Assembly: GCF_032191835.1 (NCBI RefSeq)
Contig: NC_083229.1
Coordinates: 53,630,001-53,694,000, forward strand
DNA length: 64,000 nt
DNA from: Heteronotia binoei
Lineage: Eukaryota
Reading direction: 5' to 3'
A program made the translations under genes and the position numbers. The notes below the pieces were generated by a model. That model was not told the origin of the DNA. It was given only the letters and a program-made list of their open reading frames with translations, and made no database searches. Positions 1 to 12,300 of the stretch are shown here, piece by piece; the stretch's first letter is position 1, and every line of letters begins with the position of its first letter.

Positions 1-2819
1 ATGGTTAAATGGTAGCAGTATATAAAATGTGTGCTTAAAATAGGAAATCACATGCCTTAAAAAAAAGGTATGCTCTATGAGTCATCTTCTTTGAGAACTG
101 TATGTAATGCATCTGGCTGAAATTAAATTGTTCTGAAACAACTAATATTTTAGTAATAATGTGATGTGTGATAATAATGTAGACATAACATTTGATGAAG
201 ATGATCATGCTTTGGTGGTGGGAATTGTATGTTTTGAACTCTGAACTGCATGAACTCTTGAGTCTTGTTCACAAGTTCCAGCGTATACATGTGTACATCT
301 GTAGGAAAGAACAAACGTGTATTCATTTTACAAATGAAACTGGAGACCAGCACGTTGATAAATGTGTGATGTCAACCACATGTTCAGTTGCACGTGCATT
401 TAATTTAACATGAGAATTACTGAACATATGTATCAAAATATATTTAAAGGCTACACTATATACAGATTGTATGTGTTCACTGAGTAAGTTTACTCTTGGG
501 ATAAGGTGTGTGACAGTTATTCATTGAAGTTGCTTGGTCACTGCTATTCTACATGTCCCTTATTCACTAACCATAAAAGAAATTACTTATTTTTCTCTTT
601 CTCGTGTTGATGGAAAGGCAGAAGGCAACCTTGCCTAAGCAAACTATTACTTTGACACTGATGTGACATTTTCTTTGGCCTAATATGCAATGTCTTATTT
701 TCAAATTTTTAGCTTAAAATATGCAAGTTTGTTAAAATAAAAAAAAACTTTTAACTGTTGAAATAAGCAATGAAACACAGCACAGCCTAGTGGCTATAGT
801 GCAAAGTGCAGCTTTAGTGACTCGACCATCTAATCAAAGCCCCCCCCCCCCCCCCCACCCCGCCAAGAAGCACAAACATTAGGACAAACTGAAAGTCACA
901 GATTAGAGAATTAGCTTTCGTGCTTTGGTGCAACCTGAGAACTCCCACCTTTGGCACAAGATGGTTTAATTAGTCTGCAAAAGCTTTCTGTATCACCAAC
1001 AGAAAGTCCTTTGAAGACTATTATCTATTGCAGGTGGATCTCCTTTATGCCTTTTGCATCAATATCATGCTCCAGGCATTTACTTGCTCGCTTACTTTGT
1101 CTCACTCTCTCTTTGCATTCTGCCTGACAAAGAGATCGGTGAAATGTGAAAGCTAGCTCTGCTAACTGCTTTGTAAGTTTCAGTAGGTTAGTATTATACT
1201 ATTGCTATAGTTCTCATGGTCTACAGCTGCATTTTTTGCATCATCAAAAGAACCACAGCATTGGTTAAAAGTTCTCTTGTTGGAAACCATCCATCTTAAA
1301 TACCAATGTTAAGAGAACACACACAGTTACAGAGAAGGGAACTGAGATGTTGGATAGAGCAAAGAGAAAGTAAACAATGGCGTGTATTTTGACACAATGC
1401 GCTTTCATTCTGCTTCTTCCAAACTGTGACAAACAAGGCACTGAGAACTGAAATTAAGGGCCAGCTTCTGCTTTTTCATTCTCATAGAGAGCAGTAATCA
1501 GAGCCTTGTGTGATGTCACCATTTTCCTCCTATACATTCACAATGATGTGTTTTGTTGTGTGCCTTCATCATGGGAACACATTGTTCTCTGCTATAGGCA
1601 AACTATTCAGGATTGCTTGAACAATTTTTGGCATGGAATCTGGTTTGTTGAGAATAATCAGTACCTGAAATGAGCCCCTTTAGTGCTGTGCATTGTGGGA
1701 GTGAATGCCATTTAATGAGAAAACATCCTTGGAGTTTTTGTGCCCAGATATGAGATATTGGAGACTGAATTTAGGAGTTTTGATGGACTGTCCTGACCGT
1801 GAAGAAACCAGAAGTGAAACAGGCATTTCCACTCAACTGCTCATCAGCTGGGACTTTTGATCATCAAAATATACAGATGGTGGATTCCAATCAGACTGGT
1901 CTTGAAAATGCATGAAAGGATCATTCATCTTACCTGACCAAGTTTTGAAAGAGAATTGGATCCATTTTTAAGAGGTTCTGTTGTGGTTCAGCATGTAATC
2001 ATATTCTTATTGCCACAACAAACTGATTTAGCAGCTATTGGAACATATTAAGGACTTTAATTGTGTCTCTGCATGATTGTATCAACTTAAGGTTTTGTAT
2101 ATGTGACTATGTGGACTTATACTGGGTGATATTTTAGGGAATGTTGGAACAAATATAGTTAGAAATATGTATTAGTAATTTGGTCACAATATTTGTTTTT
2201 TGTTTTCGTGGTCTTTTCTCAAGGTTCTCTCTTTTCCATTTTGTGCATAGCTGAAACAGTCTACAAATAAGAAAGGTAAGAAAAAGCTTGGTCATACCAA
2301 AACTCCATATAATAATTCTGCAACATAATATCTCTAATAGCAGTTAGTCCAGTATGTGGAAAGCTCACAGACCAGGGGGTGACAGACGGTTATTCCCAAT
2401 GTTTGCCTTTGTAATATCACCTCTGAACATGGATGTTCTGTTTAACACAGGTGATATCTATTAAAATTATAGACCAATTCTCTATGAATCTAAACCTTTT
2501 AAAAATGATTTGTTCTAAGGTTCAGCTCTGTGGAAATGAAGTAGATTGTGTTGATTTAAAACATTTTAATCCCACCTTTCTATCCACTTCCAGGCTACTA
2601 AGGTGGCAAACAGTCAAAACATTAAAACAGATTTTAAAATACATATATGTAAAACAATAAAAACAATCCAACAAACACACATATAAACAAAAAGGAAGGT
2701 TAGTGAAGGTCACTGAGAGAATGCCAAATAAAACAGAAAAGTCTCCACTAAGTGGTGCTACCATCTGATTAATAGAGCCCCAAGTCCAGCAGCACCAAGT
2801 CATAGCACCCCATCCAGTA

Positions 2820-4130
2820 AAGGAGAAATTGCACTTACTGCATCAGTCTTTTTACTACCAGTAGCAGTTCTGTTTTGTCAGGATTAAGATTCAGTTTGTT
2901 AACCCTCATCTATCCCAAAGCTGCCACCAAACACCACTTCATAGTTTCCAGAGCCTTCTGGGGATCTGTTGGAAGTGTGAGATACATCCGAGTATCACCT
3001 GCATATTGGGGACAAGCCAGCCCAGGTCTCTGGGTGACCTTGCTCAGTGGCTTCATATAGATATTAAAAAGCATGGGGAATAGGGTGGAACCTTGCATGA
3101 TCCTGTAGGTCAAAGGCCAAATGGAAGAGTAGCAGTCCATGAGTCCTACCCTCTGGAACCTTCTGGGGAAGACTGAATCTACTGCAGAACAATATCTCCT
3201 AGTTCCAACCTTGAAAGGCATTTCAGAAGAATAGTGGCTCTGCTTAGCATGCTGAAGGTTTCATGCTCAATCTTTGGCATCTCCAGATAAAAGGACCAAG
3301 CAGTAGATGATGTGAAAAACACCTATCATCTGAGACCCTGGAGAGCCTATGTCTTTTCTCTCAGGGCAGACCACCCTGAAGAGTTCTGCAGGCTTCCACT
3401 GTCTATACTCAGTGATGGTGGTGAAGTGTTGTTTCTTGGCTGCCATCACCACCATAGAACAGGCTTTGAAATGAGCTCTAGCCCACATCTTGAGGAGTCA
3501 TCACAAGTCTTTCTCCAGCCATCTCCCTTGTATTTTCATAGTCCACAGGCCTTCAAATAGACTAAGGGGCTGTCCCTAAGACCTGAGAGAGGACACCTAG
3601 GAATGATTGTGCCAACTACTCAGGTAATTTCCTCATTCCAGAAATCAACCAGGGCATCAACAAAACTCCAACCATACCACCAGGAAAATCCCCTATGTCT
3701 GTCAGAAAGCCATCTGACTCCAGGGCTCAATCATTTTAAGAGATCCCCCTACCCCTGCAGAGTTTTGGTACACTTTTAAGTCTAAACCCAAGCAAATAAA
3801 GATCTAACAATGACAAAGAAACCGTGATCAATTCTTCCACTCTCAGGCAGCATTCAGCCTGCCCAGAATAAAAAAAAAAGATCAAAAGTGTGACTTGCAC
3901 AGCATGTGGGGCCAATTATTACTTGAGACAGGTCCAAGGTTGTCATGGCAATCATGAAATCCTGAGCAGATCTCAACAAGGTAGCTTCACCATGGATACT
4001 GAAGCCTGCAAAACCTCAGCCTAGGGGTCCTCAACCACCCCAGAGACCACCTTCAGGTAATGTTACAGTTGGGCAGTGGGGGAGGGGGGTGATACACCAA
4101 CAGACTCCCAATTTTGTTTCACGGTCCCAG
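2820..4130 (-). mobile_element. Degraded L2/CR1-type LINE fragment
   Basis: ORF 2910-3221 contains QGSTLFPMLFNIYMKPL...QYAGDT, a decayed QGS...YADD RT motif; boundaries are approximate. Confidence 0.75.
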
Positions 4131-4867
4131 AACTAGGTAAACACTCTCAAAACTGGAAATGTTTTAGACAAGGCATCACACTGGGAGAATAGATTCCCCA
4201 TGTACTACAATGACATTCCATTGCCATCCACTATGCCTATGCTGACATATTATCAAGTACCCAGTTGGAAGAGGTTAACCCCTCCTTCCTACCCTAATCA
4301 GGTTTCAGTGATATGTGCTAGGGCAGCCCTCTTCTGGATGCCTTTTTTACCTGTGACTGATTTAATACTGAAAAGCAAGATGTTATAGTCCAGCAGGTCA
4401 CTGCTATGATCAACAGCACTATCCCAGCCAGAGGAGAAGCAGAAGGCTCATCATTGCAAACTATGGTCTGAACTAAAATAAAGCAAGATATCATTCATGT
4501 AAACCATTGTTGGGGTTGGTTTTTTTAATGAGCATGTGTGTACACACACATGTGAGTGTGTTCGTGCACACACCTGGAAGGTACGGTGACCTCTGATGAC
4601 TGACTCCTACTGGGGCATGGAGGATATTCAAAGAGGTGGCCAAATAAAGCCTGCCTCTGCCTTCAGCTCTGGTATTCCAAGAAGGTCTTCCATCCAAGTA
4701 CTTGTCAGAGTCAACTCTGCTTAGCTGATGAGATCAGGATTGCCTGGGCTATTTAGATAGGGTGTTTGGCATTATGTTTGAACCATCCCAGATTCACACA
4801 TCAGCCAGGTGTATGCATGCATGGAAATGGGGCACTTGTGGCCATTTGTCTACCAAGCATACAACCT

Positions 4868-4995
4868 TAAGAACATGAGAAGCCATGTTGGATCAGGCCA
4901 ATGGCCCATCCAGTCCAACACTCTGTGTCATACAGTGGCCAAAAAACCCAAGTGCCATCAAGAGGTCCACCAGTGGGGCTAGAAGTCCTTCCACT
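4868..4995 (-). mobile_element. CR1 3'-end fragment
   Basis: Same agaagccatgttggatcaggccaatggcccatccagtccaacact sequence as the 3' end of the CR1 at 35.8 kb. Confidence 0.8.
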
Positions 4996-6033
4996 ATGTC
5001 CCCCCAAGCACCTTTTAACAGGTCTCACAGCCTAAGTGTGTAATTGCCTATGCAAGCAGGTCCTGTTCAAGAGTCTACCCTGCCTATTTATTTATTCAAC
5101 ATTCAGCTCACTTTTCAGACATTAGGCTCCATGATGCTAGTGTTGATGCAACATCAGGGGAAGGCATTGGCTTCCATACCCTCTTTGTTGGTCCTCCAGG
5201 GCAACTGGTTAGCAACTGTGTAAAGCAGGATGCTGGACTAGAAAGACCACTGCTCTGGTTCTGTGGGGTTCTTATGTTCTTTGCAGAAACAATCCAATCC
5301 AATTACAATATACAAACTGAATGAGTGAAAACTTTTACATACTCACATTTGCATGCATAGACCTCAGCTGTCTTTAAAATTTGTCCACAGTTGGGAAGGC
5401 TGGGCATTATGGCTTATTCTTGTAGCCATGGCATATAAGGTCAGCAGCAACATAGCCTGAGGTGGGGCAGCTACTGAGTCCCAAAACATCTGGTGTGGCC
5501 CACTGCTGCAGTGCTGCTTACCCATATATGCTCCCTCCTGCCCATGCTCTCAGCCAGACCTGGTTCCAAGTGCTATCAGGCAAGGAGCAAGCAGGTCTTG
5601 CTTGTAACTTGGGGGATGGGTGGTGGAGGGCTCAGAAGTATGTAGGCAGGGGAAAGATGTACAGCTGTGGGTAGAGCTTGTGAGTGGGAGGTAGCAGTGG
5701 AGAGGGGAGAGGGCTGCTGAGTACTTTCTGCCCAGCGACCCCTGAAACCTTGAACCCATCCTCATTGAATATATAACCTGTATGTAAACTGGCACTAATA
5801 GAATGCCATTTAAAAAAAAAAAACACCCTGCTATATTGACTATAGAAAAAAAGTTGTATTGGTGCAAAAAAAAAAAGAAAAAAGGAAGACAAATATTAGA
5901 TTTCCCAAGTCTGGCAGTACTTTCTGCCACAAACAACAAATGCTTTGTTCAGCAAATTGTGAAAGGCCCCGATTGTTGCTAGCACAAAGATAATGCTGAA
6001 ATTCATTCATTACCATGGCTCTGTTTTGATCAT

Positions 6034-6063
6034 ATTTATATATATATATATATATATATATAG
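6034..6063. repeat. (TA)n microsatellite
   Basis: Uninterrupted TA run just downstream of the LY96 3' end. Confidence 0.9.
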
Positions 6064-6120
6064 CAAATTTCAACTAAAATGTCATGTGAATTTAATCTGC
6101 TTATAACATAAGAATAGACT

Positions 6121-6126
6121 TTTATT
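6121..6126 (-). terminator. Probable LY96 polyadenylation signal (AATAAA)
   Basis: tttatt on the plus strand about 95 nt downstream of the LY96 stop codon. Confidence 0.55.
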
Positions 6127-6220
6127 TTTCAGACAATTCCACCAGCAAAGGCAAAACCTGGCAGCAGTTGATTCTACTGTTTGAGTCTTGGAAAGCAGCT
6201 CTTACGCAGTTTACAACAAC

Positions 6221-6334
6221 TTATCCAAAATTGTAGGAAGGCTCCTTTTTAAGAATTAATGTAAAATTCATACAGAAAAATAAATCTGCTTCAGAATGGC
6301 CATAGAATCCTTTCAAGACTGCGGTATATTCTCC
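6221..6334 (-). CDS. LY96: LY96 exon 5 (last coding exon)
   Basis: Acceptor ttctttgttgtag|GGA GAA TAT; translates GEYTAVLKGFYGHSEADLFFCMNFTLILKKEPSYNFG*; minus-strand AATAAA at 6121-6126. Confidence 0.9.
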   Translation of the reverse strand, partial: GEYTAVLKGFYGHSEADLFFCMNFTLILKKEPSYNFG

Positions 6335-9300
6335 CTACAACAAAGAAAAGAAGTCAATTTGTAGATGGAGTCAGATAGTCTGCAGTGCAGACCAAACAAG
6401 TCCCACACATTCCAATGGGGTTGAGGCTAGTTCACAAGACCAGGGACTCCCTCAAAGATGTCATTGTTTCAAGGACTCTTCCTGTTACCAGGAGTGGGTG
6501 CAATCTCTAGACTGAATCGATGAGTTTGTTGATTGCTAGACTGACTGTTGGCAAGCAATAGCTTTGTTGGTCGCACAATACTTGCTATAGAATAAAGTTA
6601 GAGTCCAGTGGCACCTTGAAGAGCAACAAAGTTTTATTCAAAACAGGAGCTTTTGTGTGCATGCACACTTCTTCAGACAGAATGGAATTCAGCAATTCCA
6701 TAGAATGGAAAGGGACATTGCTGGATTACAAGTTATGACAACATTTAGAACAACTCCCCCCACCCCAAACTTAACAGAGATATCGGTTTCTTATCTCATA
6801 TGTATGAACTCATTCTCACCAAGAAGGATTATACATCCTCTGTATTTTGATGCATTTTGTGGAATAATATATTGGAATACTGACGCAATATACTGGAATA
6901 CTGAGCCCGTTAGGGGAGGGTGGGATATAAATTTGATAAAATAAATAAAAAAAATATATAGGAATAGAGTTTTCTGACATAACACCTCTAAAGAACAATA
7001 TATTGGTATAGTATAGAACAACATGTAGTGATTGTAATGTAATGCAATGAAACTTGAAATATATTCCCCTACATAATATTGCACACCACCCCAACTAAAG
7101 AGGGAGAAATGCTGTTTGTCACCTTCATGCATTAGAAAAGACAAATGGGGTGTTGTAAAGGAGTCTCGGTTAACTTCCCACATTATCTTACACATTCTGT
7201 TTTGACATATTGCTTCAATTGTTACCTATAGCTTTTGACACTATACACTTAATTTGTTATTCCTGTTTGGTCTCAACATATCGTCATCATGTTACATGCT
7301 AATTTGCAGTTCAGCCTCTGCCTATAATTTGAACGGTTTTCTTTCGTTTCATTGTGTCTGAAGAAGTGTTTATGCACATGAAAGCTCATACCCTGAATTA
7401 AAACTGTGTTGGTCTTAAAGGTGCCACTGGACTCAAACGTTATTCTACTGCTTCAGACCAACACCAGGATCTATAATACTTGCTATTTTGTCCCACTGCT
7501 CTAGGGTTTATAAGTTCTGTTTACAGTGGAAGTACAATCATTGATCTAATTTAATGGCACTCAACACTTCCAATTGTGGCACTGACTCTCAGGGGGAAAA
7601 GCAAGGAACAGAAGTGCTGTCCTATTTATTTCATTACATGTGTTTATTTCATTACATCCTTCTCCAATGGTTGGGTTCAGAGCAGCAGTTCTTCTGGTGA
7701 TCTACGTATCTGACACTCCCATCCCTGTGCCCCACTCTGTTTTTCTCAACTTATTGTGGGACATTCAATTAATTGAAATTTAATAGTCATTTTAAAAAAT
7801 TAAGAAACTGAGTTTATCATTCCAGAAACAGGAACTCCTTGGTATTGTTACAGTGGCATGGGATTAAATGAAGTCCATTAAGACTGCTGGTCTGAATGCA
7901 CTCACTTGGATATTATTATGGAAGGATATGTTTGTTTGTTTAAAAAAATAAATACATTGTATGCTAGTTATTTTTCAACTTTTCTAACACTTAGCATTTG
8001 TTAAAGTGTAGCTCTGAAAAAGTACCATTGGATAGTTTGCTTTATCACCAGCGATTCTCGTAGTTGTGTTGACAGTCTCTGCAAAATAGAAATGATTATT
8101 TAGATACAAGGCACTACCATCATCCTGTCATTTTCCCCAGTTGCAAGTATATCAGTTTCTTCAGTATTCCCTCCCTTCCAGACATAGGACATACACTGGA
8201 GGCAGAGGACATGAACAGGAAGTCAAAAGCAGCATAGCAATAAGAACCACCAAAGCTAGGATTGACAGGTCTCTCTCTCTCTCACACACACACCGGTCAC
8301 AGGTGAGGGCTGTTAGCAGCAGGCTGGGAAATTCCTGAAGATTTGGGGGTGGAGCCTGGAGAGGACAGGGCCCTCAGTGGGGTACAATAACATAGAGTCT
8401 ACCTTCCAAAGCATCTGTTTTATCTAGGAGAACTGATGTAGTCTGACATTAGATGTAATTCCAGGAGATCCCCAGGCTTCATCTGGAGGAGGGAAACCTC
8501 ATCCAAAGCTATAATCATATTAAGACATGCCCTCTTAGTCAAGCCTTGCCTATCATGCACTTTCTTAACATCAGCCTAATTGCTGGGTGGTGGCCACTGA
8601 AATCTCATAATGTGGATGCTGCTCATGATATTAGATTGGCTCGCTGCAACAAAAAACCCCTCCAAATAGCTGTTTGGCCATATGAGCCAACCTAGAGCCA
8701 GAACTCCATTTCCAAGAACTGTGCTGAGCTGAAAAGCCAGGTTAATTTTTTAATGCATGGGAATAAGTTTATACTTCCCAATGACAGTACAAGACTAGGG
8801 TCTTGTATAAGGATCTTACCACGGTTGAGACCTAGGTTTCCCTTATGCCTGAAGGAATGCCATTCTGGAGGGATATCTAACATTCAGGGAGTGTAGAAGG
8901 CTGCTGCCAGAATGAGAAGACTGAAAAGCCCATGTGTATATGCAGGCCTTGGATTCAGCAGAGCTCACATGAGCACAGCTACTGAACCTTTCTGAGAGTT
9001 CCACCTCCTCCTTTCCACCTTGTCCACTGAATAGTAGGTGCAGTTGAACAATAATCCCTGGATGAGCTCCACCACCTATTTTTCTACAAAATGACCCCTG
9101 TGGCAACACATCATGGTGCCCGTACCAGATTCTGGTATTTGCAACACATCATGGTGCCCATACCAGATTCTGATTTTTGTGGAGACTCTGTGCTCATACA
9201 CTGCTTTTGACATGGCCAGAAGTAACATGGATTCAGTGGCATGTCTAATAAAGCTCTGTCATCCTGCAGAAGGATTCTGAGGTGTTCTTTTGTCTCTTGC

Positions 9301-12300
9301 CAGATGTTGCTCAAAATCCACACATGCTGCTTCTTGCCTGTGTGCTGCTCTGCAGTGTGCTCTAAACTGCTCTCTGATGTGGCAGGAAGTTTTTTTGGTT
9401 CCTGATGGAGAAGCAATACTCACAATGCATCCCACATAAATTAAATGTGTGCCTCTAAGCATTCTGGGCTTGTCCTTGCCCAGGCTGCTTTGTTCCTAGC
9501 CCTGATACTTAACTTCTAAGTACAGTAGATCTAGTTCATAACTATGCATTACTTAAGAGATACATAGTTGGATCTCCTAATAGTTATGTTTTCGCTTTCA
9601 TGCATTTCCTGGATGGAACACCTCCAAATATGATTAAAGCAGTGGCTCTAGGAGAAGACACCATTTTCTTCATCAAAATTGCTTTTTTGAGCTGCTGTTA
9701 ACCACACGTGGCCCTGTGGCACAGAGTGTTAAAGCTGCAGTACTGCAGTCCTAAGCTCTGTTCACTACCTGAGTTCGATCTCCGGTGGAAGCTGGGTTTT
9801 CAGGTAGCTGGCTCAAGGTTGACTCAGCCTTCCATCCTTCTGAGGTCAGTAAAATGAGTACCCAGCTTGCAGGGGGAAAGTGTAGATGACTGGGGTAAGC
9901 AATGGCAAACCACCACATAAAAAGTCTGCCATGAAAACATTGTGAAAGCAACGTCACCCCAGAGTCGGAAACAACTGGTGCTTGAACAGGGGACCTTTCC
10001 TTTCCTAACCACATGTTGGTGGTAGGGGAACCAGACATCAATATTTCCCCCCCAGAGGAACAAGAAGCTGCTGGGGGTGTGTGGCGGGGATGTGTGTGGA
10101 ATCTTTACTGGGTGAACTGGAAAATGGTTAAATATTCCATTTATTCTTCCAGTTCTGTTGCTTTTAGCAAATTTTAAGTCAACCACTCCTGGGACTATTA
10201 AATGGGGAGGGGGGTGAGGATCTTCTAAGTATTGTGCCTTTGTTTTTAGTCCTGTTGCAGGATACTGTAGTCATTGGAGGTAAGAGGTTCAAACATACGA
10301 ATTAATTGCTGGTGACTATCAGTTTGAAGGACCATGGATTTCACACCCATTGTCTTAGATGATGCTGTGTGCCTTTCCTATAACATTATCCCTTGCTGGA
10401 TTGTTTGTTTGCTATGCATGACTAAGCCTCAAAACTCATATCTGTTGGCACAACATTCAATCCTCTTACTGTAGGAAATGTGCTGTAGAGGTAATAGATG
10501 ACAACACTTGTACAATTTTGTCAATTTTCTAGTTGCATTCAAAAATAATATAAATGTGCAGGCACTTGCAACTCTCTGAACAACTTTAAAAAGCATCAAG
10601 ACTGAAAACTCATTTCATATGCTTTAAAGAGTCCAGCCTGTTTGAAAATGAAGATCCAAAACAAAGGTTTCCATTTTAGACAGGTGAGTTTTGACAACCC
10701 ACAATAGTTCTATGATTTTTACATTTCTGTATACACCATTCATATGCACTGATTTGCTGAAAAGCTTGGCATAGGGTGACTGTAGTAGCCAAGCAGATTT
10801 TATATGTCAGTGAAATTTTTTGTCTTTCACACTTGCCTCCCTTCAGAGCTCCACAAAATGTATAGGCATCATCTTCACCAATGCAAAGAACTTGTCTCCA
10901 TTCTAATACTTTCTTACGTTCATACCACAGGACTGTTGTTGTTCTGAGAAAGGTTACATCTCTCTCTATAAAAATAACACAATCAAAAAGAGTACAGATG
11001 CTTCAGTAGATTACATCCATTTTCATTTTATTTTCTTAGAGAACAATTCTTTCAAACCTGTGAATCTTTTGATAGTGAGTTTTGTGTGATAAGCTGATTG
11101 AAAACGTATTCATAATGTACAGCAGTATAGCCAGAAAAATGGCATGAATTAGATATACCATTATTCTTTCTATCAAAACTGGATAGTGGCTGGTCACTTT
11201 CCTTCATATATGATAGGGACTTCTTAAAGTATGCATGAGGAAGAGAAAATGGATAGAGACTATCTCTCAAAGGCCAAAATAGACCGGGAAGAGGCTTCCT
11301 CCTCCTACCATATACTGACAGAACCAAACTTGGAATACTGTGGTTGCCTAGCAACAGCCACTGAGGGAAAAGTGAGTCACTGGTGAAGACAGATTCCCAG
11401 TGTCCCAGTCCCATCAGTCTTGGGGCTGGAGGATGGGGTTGCTCTACATTGAAACTGAGTGACATGTGGCTCAGCCAGAGGAAGGTGAGGTGAATCATTG
11501 GCAACATAGCTGGCCTTTTACATATAGAGAGATGCTACTTTACCAAATTTATGATGCTTGTGTGGTAAGCTAGAAACATGATAGCCTTCAGGTCATTCAA
11601 GACCTTCCTTCAGGTGATTCTGTCCCAAAAGGACAACTAGGAATCACCAACAATCTGAACAACAGCAGCTCTTCAAAACTTCCAGCCCACTAAGAATATA
11701 CTAAGTCTGATTGGGGCTACAGAAATGGGAGGAGGAGGTAGAGGATTATATGGGTTATATATTCAGCTTGGTGAGTACTAGCCCTGTACTACATATGTAC
11801 TTCACCTCAGATCATTGAAATAGTGATGGGTAAAGCAGATCTTATTTCAATATTGCAAAGGTAACTATTCTAATCAGGGACTTTTTTTGCAGAAAAAGCC
11901 TAGCATGGCATCAGATTTGCATATTAGGTCACGCCCCCTGACATCACCATTGTTTCACACAGAGCTTTTTTGTGGGAAAAGCCCAGCAGGAATCATTTGC
12001 ATATTAGGCCAGACCCCTGACATCAAGCCAGCCAGAACTGTGTTCCTATGTATTCCTGCTCTGATTCTAATGCTATTTGAAATACAAGATCAAACTCACT
12101 TGGAATCCAGAATATAGTGCCCTTCCATTTTGAAAATCCATTAAGATAACATGGCTCCACTCCAAAGACAAGCGTTTCAATGCTGGAACCTATGAGAAAA
12201 AGGATTTAGCAACATCATAAAACTCATTAGGAAATGACATGAAACTTTGATCACTCCTAGATCCAGTTCTAGACTGAAATACAACCATAGGTAGTAATAG

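Noticed and set aside
150-298. Minus-strand segment with a good acceptor (ttctttcctacag) and a 49-codon phase-1 frame (DVHMYTLELV...HYY*), considered as an alternative LY96 C-terminal exon or a paralog exon
   Set aside because: Resemblance to MD-2 exons 4-5 is too weak, LY96 is already complete with its own poly(A) signal, and there is no supporting evidence without RNA-seq.
1583-2151. Possible LTR-like block (TGTTC...GAACA ends)
   Set aside because: No TSD or second copy, and no diagnostic promoter or poly(A) layout could be confirmed.
2251-2275. Apparent 25-nt plus-strand microexon (tgtgcatag|...GAAAG|gtaag)
   Set aside because: No partner exons or gene identified in the window; such splice-like pairs occur by chance.
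11052-11507. 151-aa minus-strand ORF inside LY96 intron 2
   Set aside because: No homology recognised and no fit to the LY96 exon structure; the true exons flank it.
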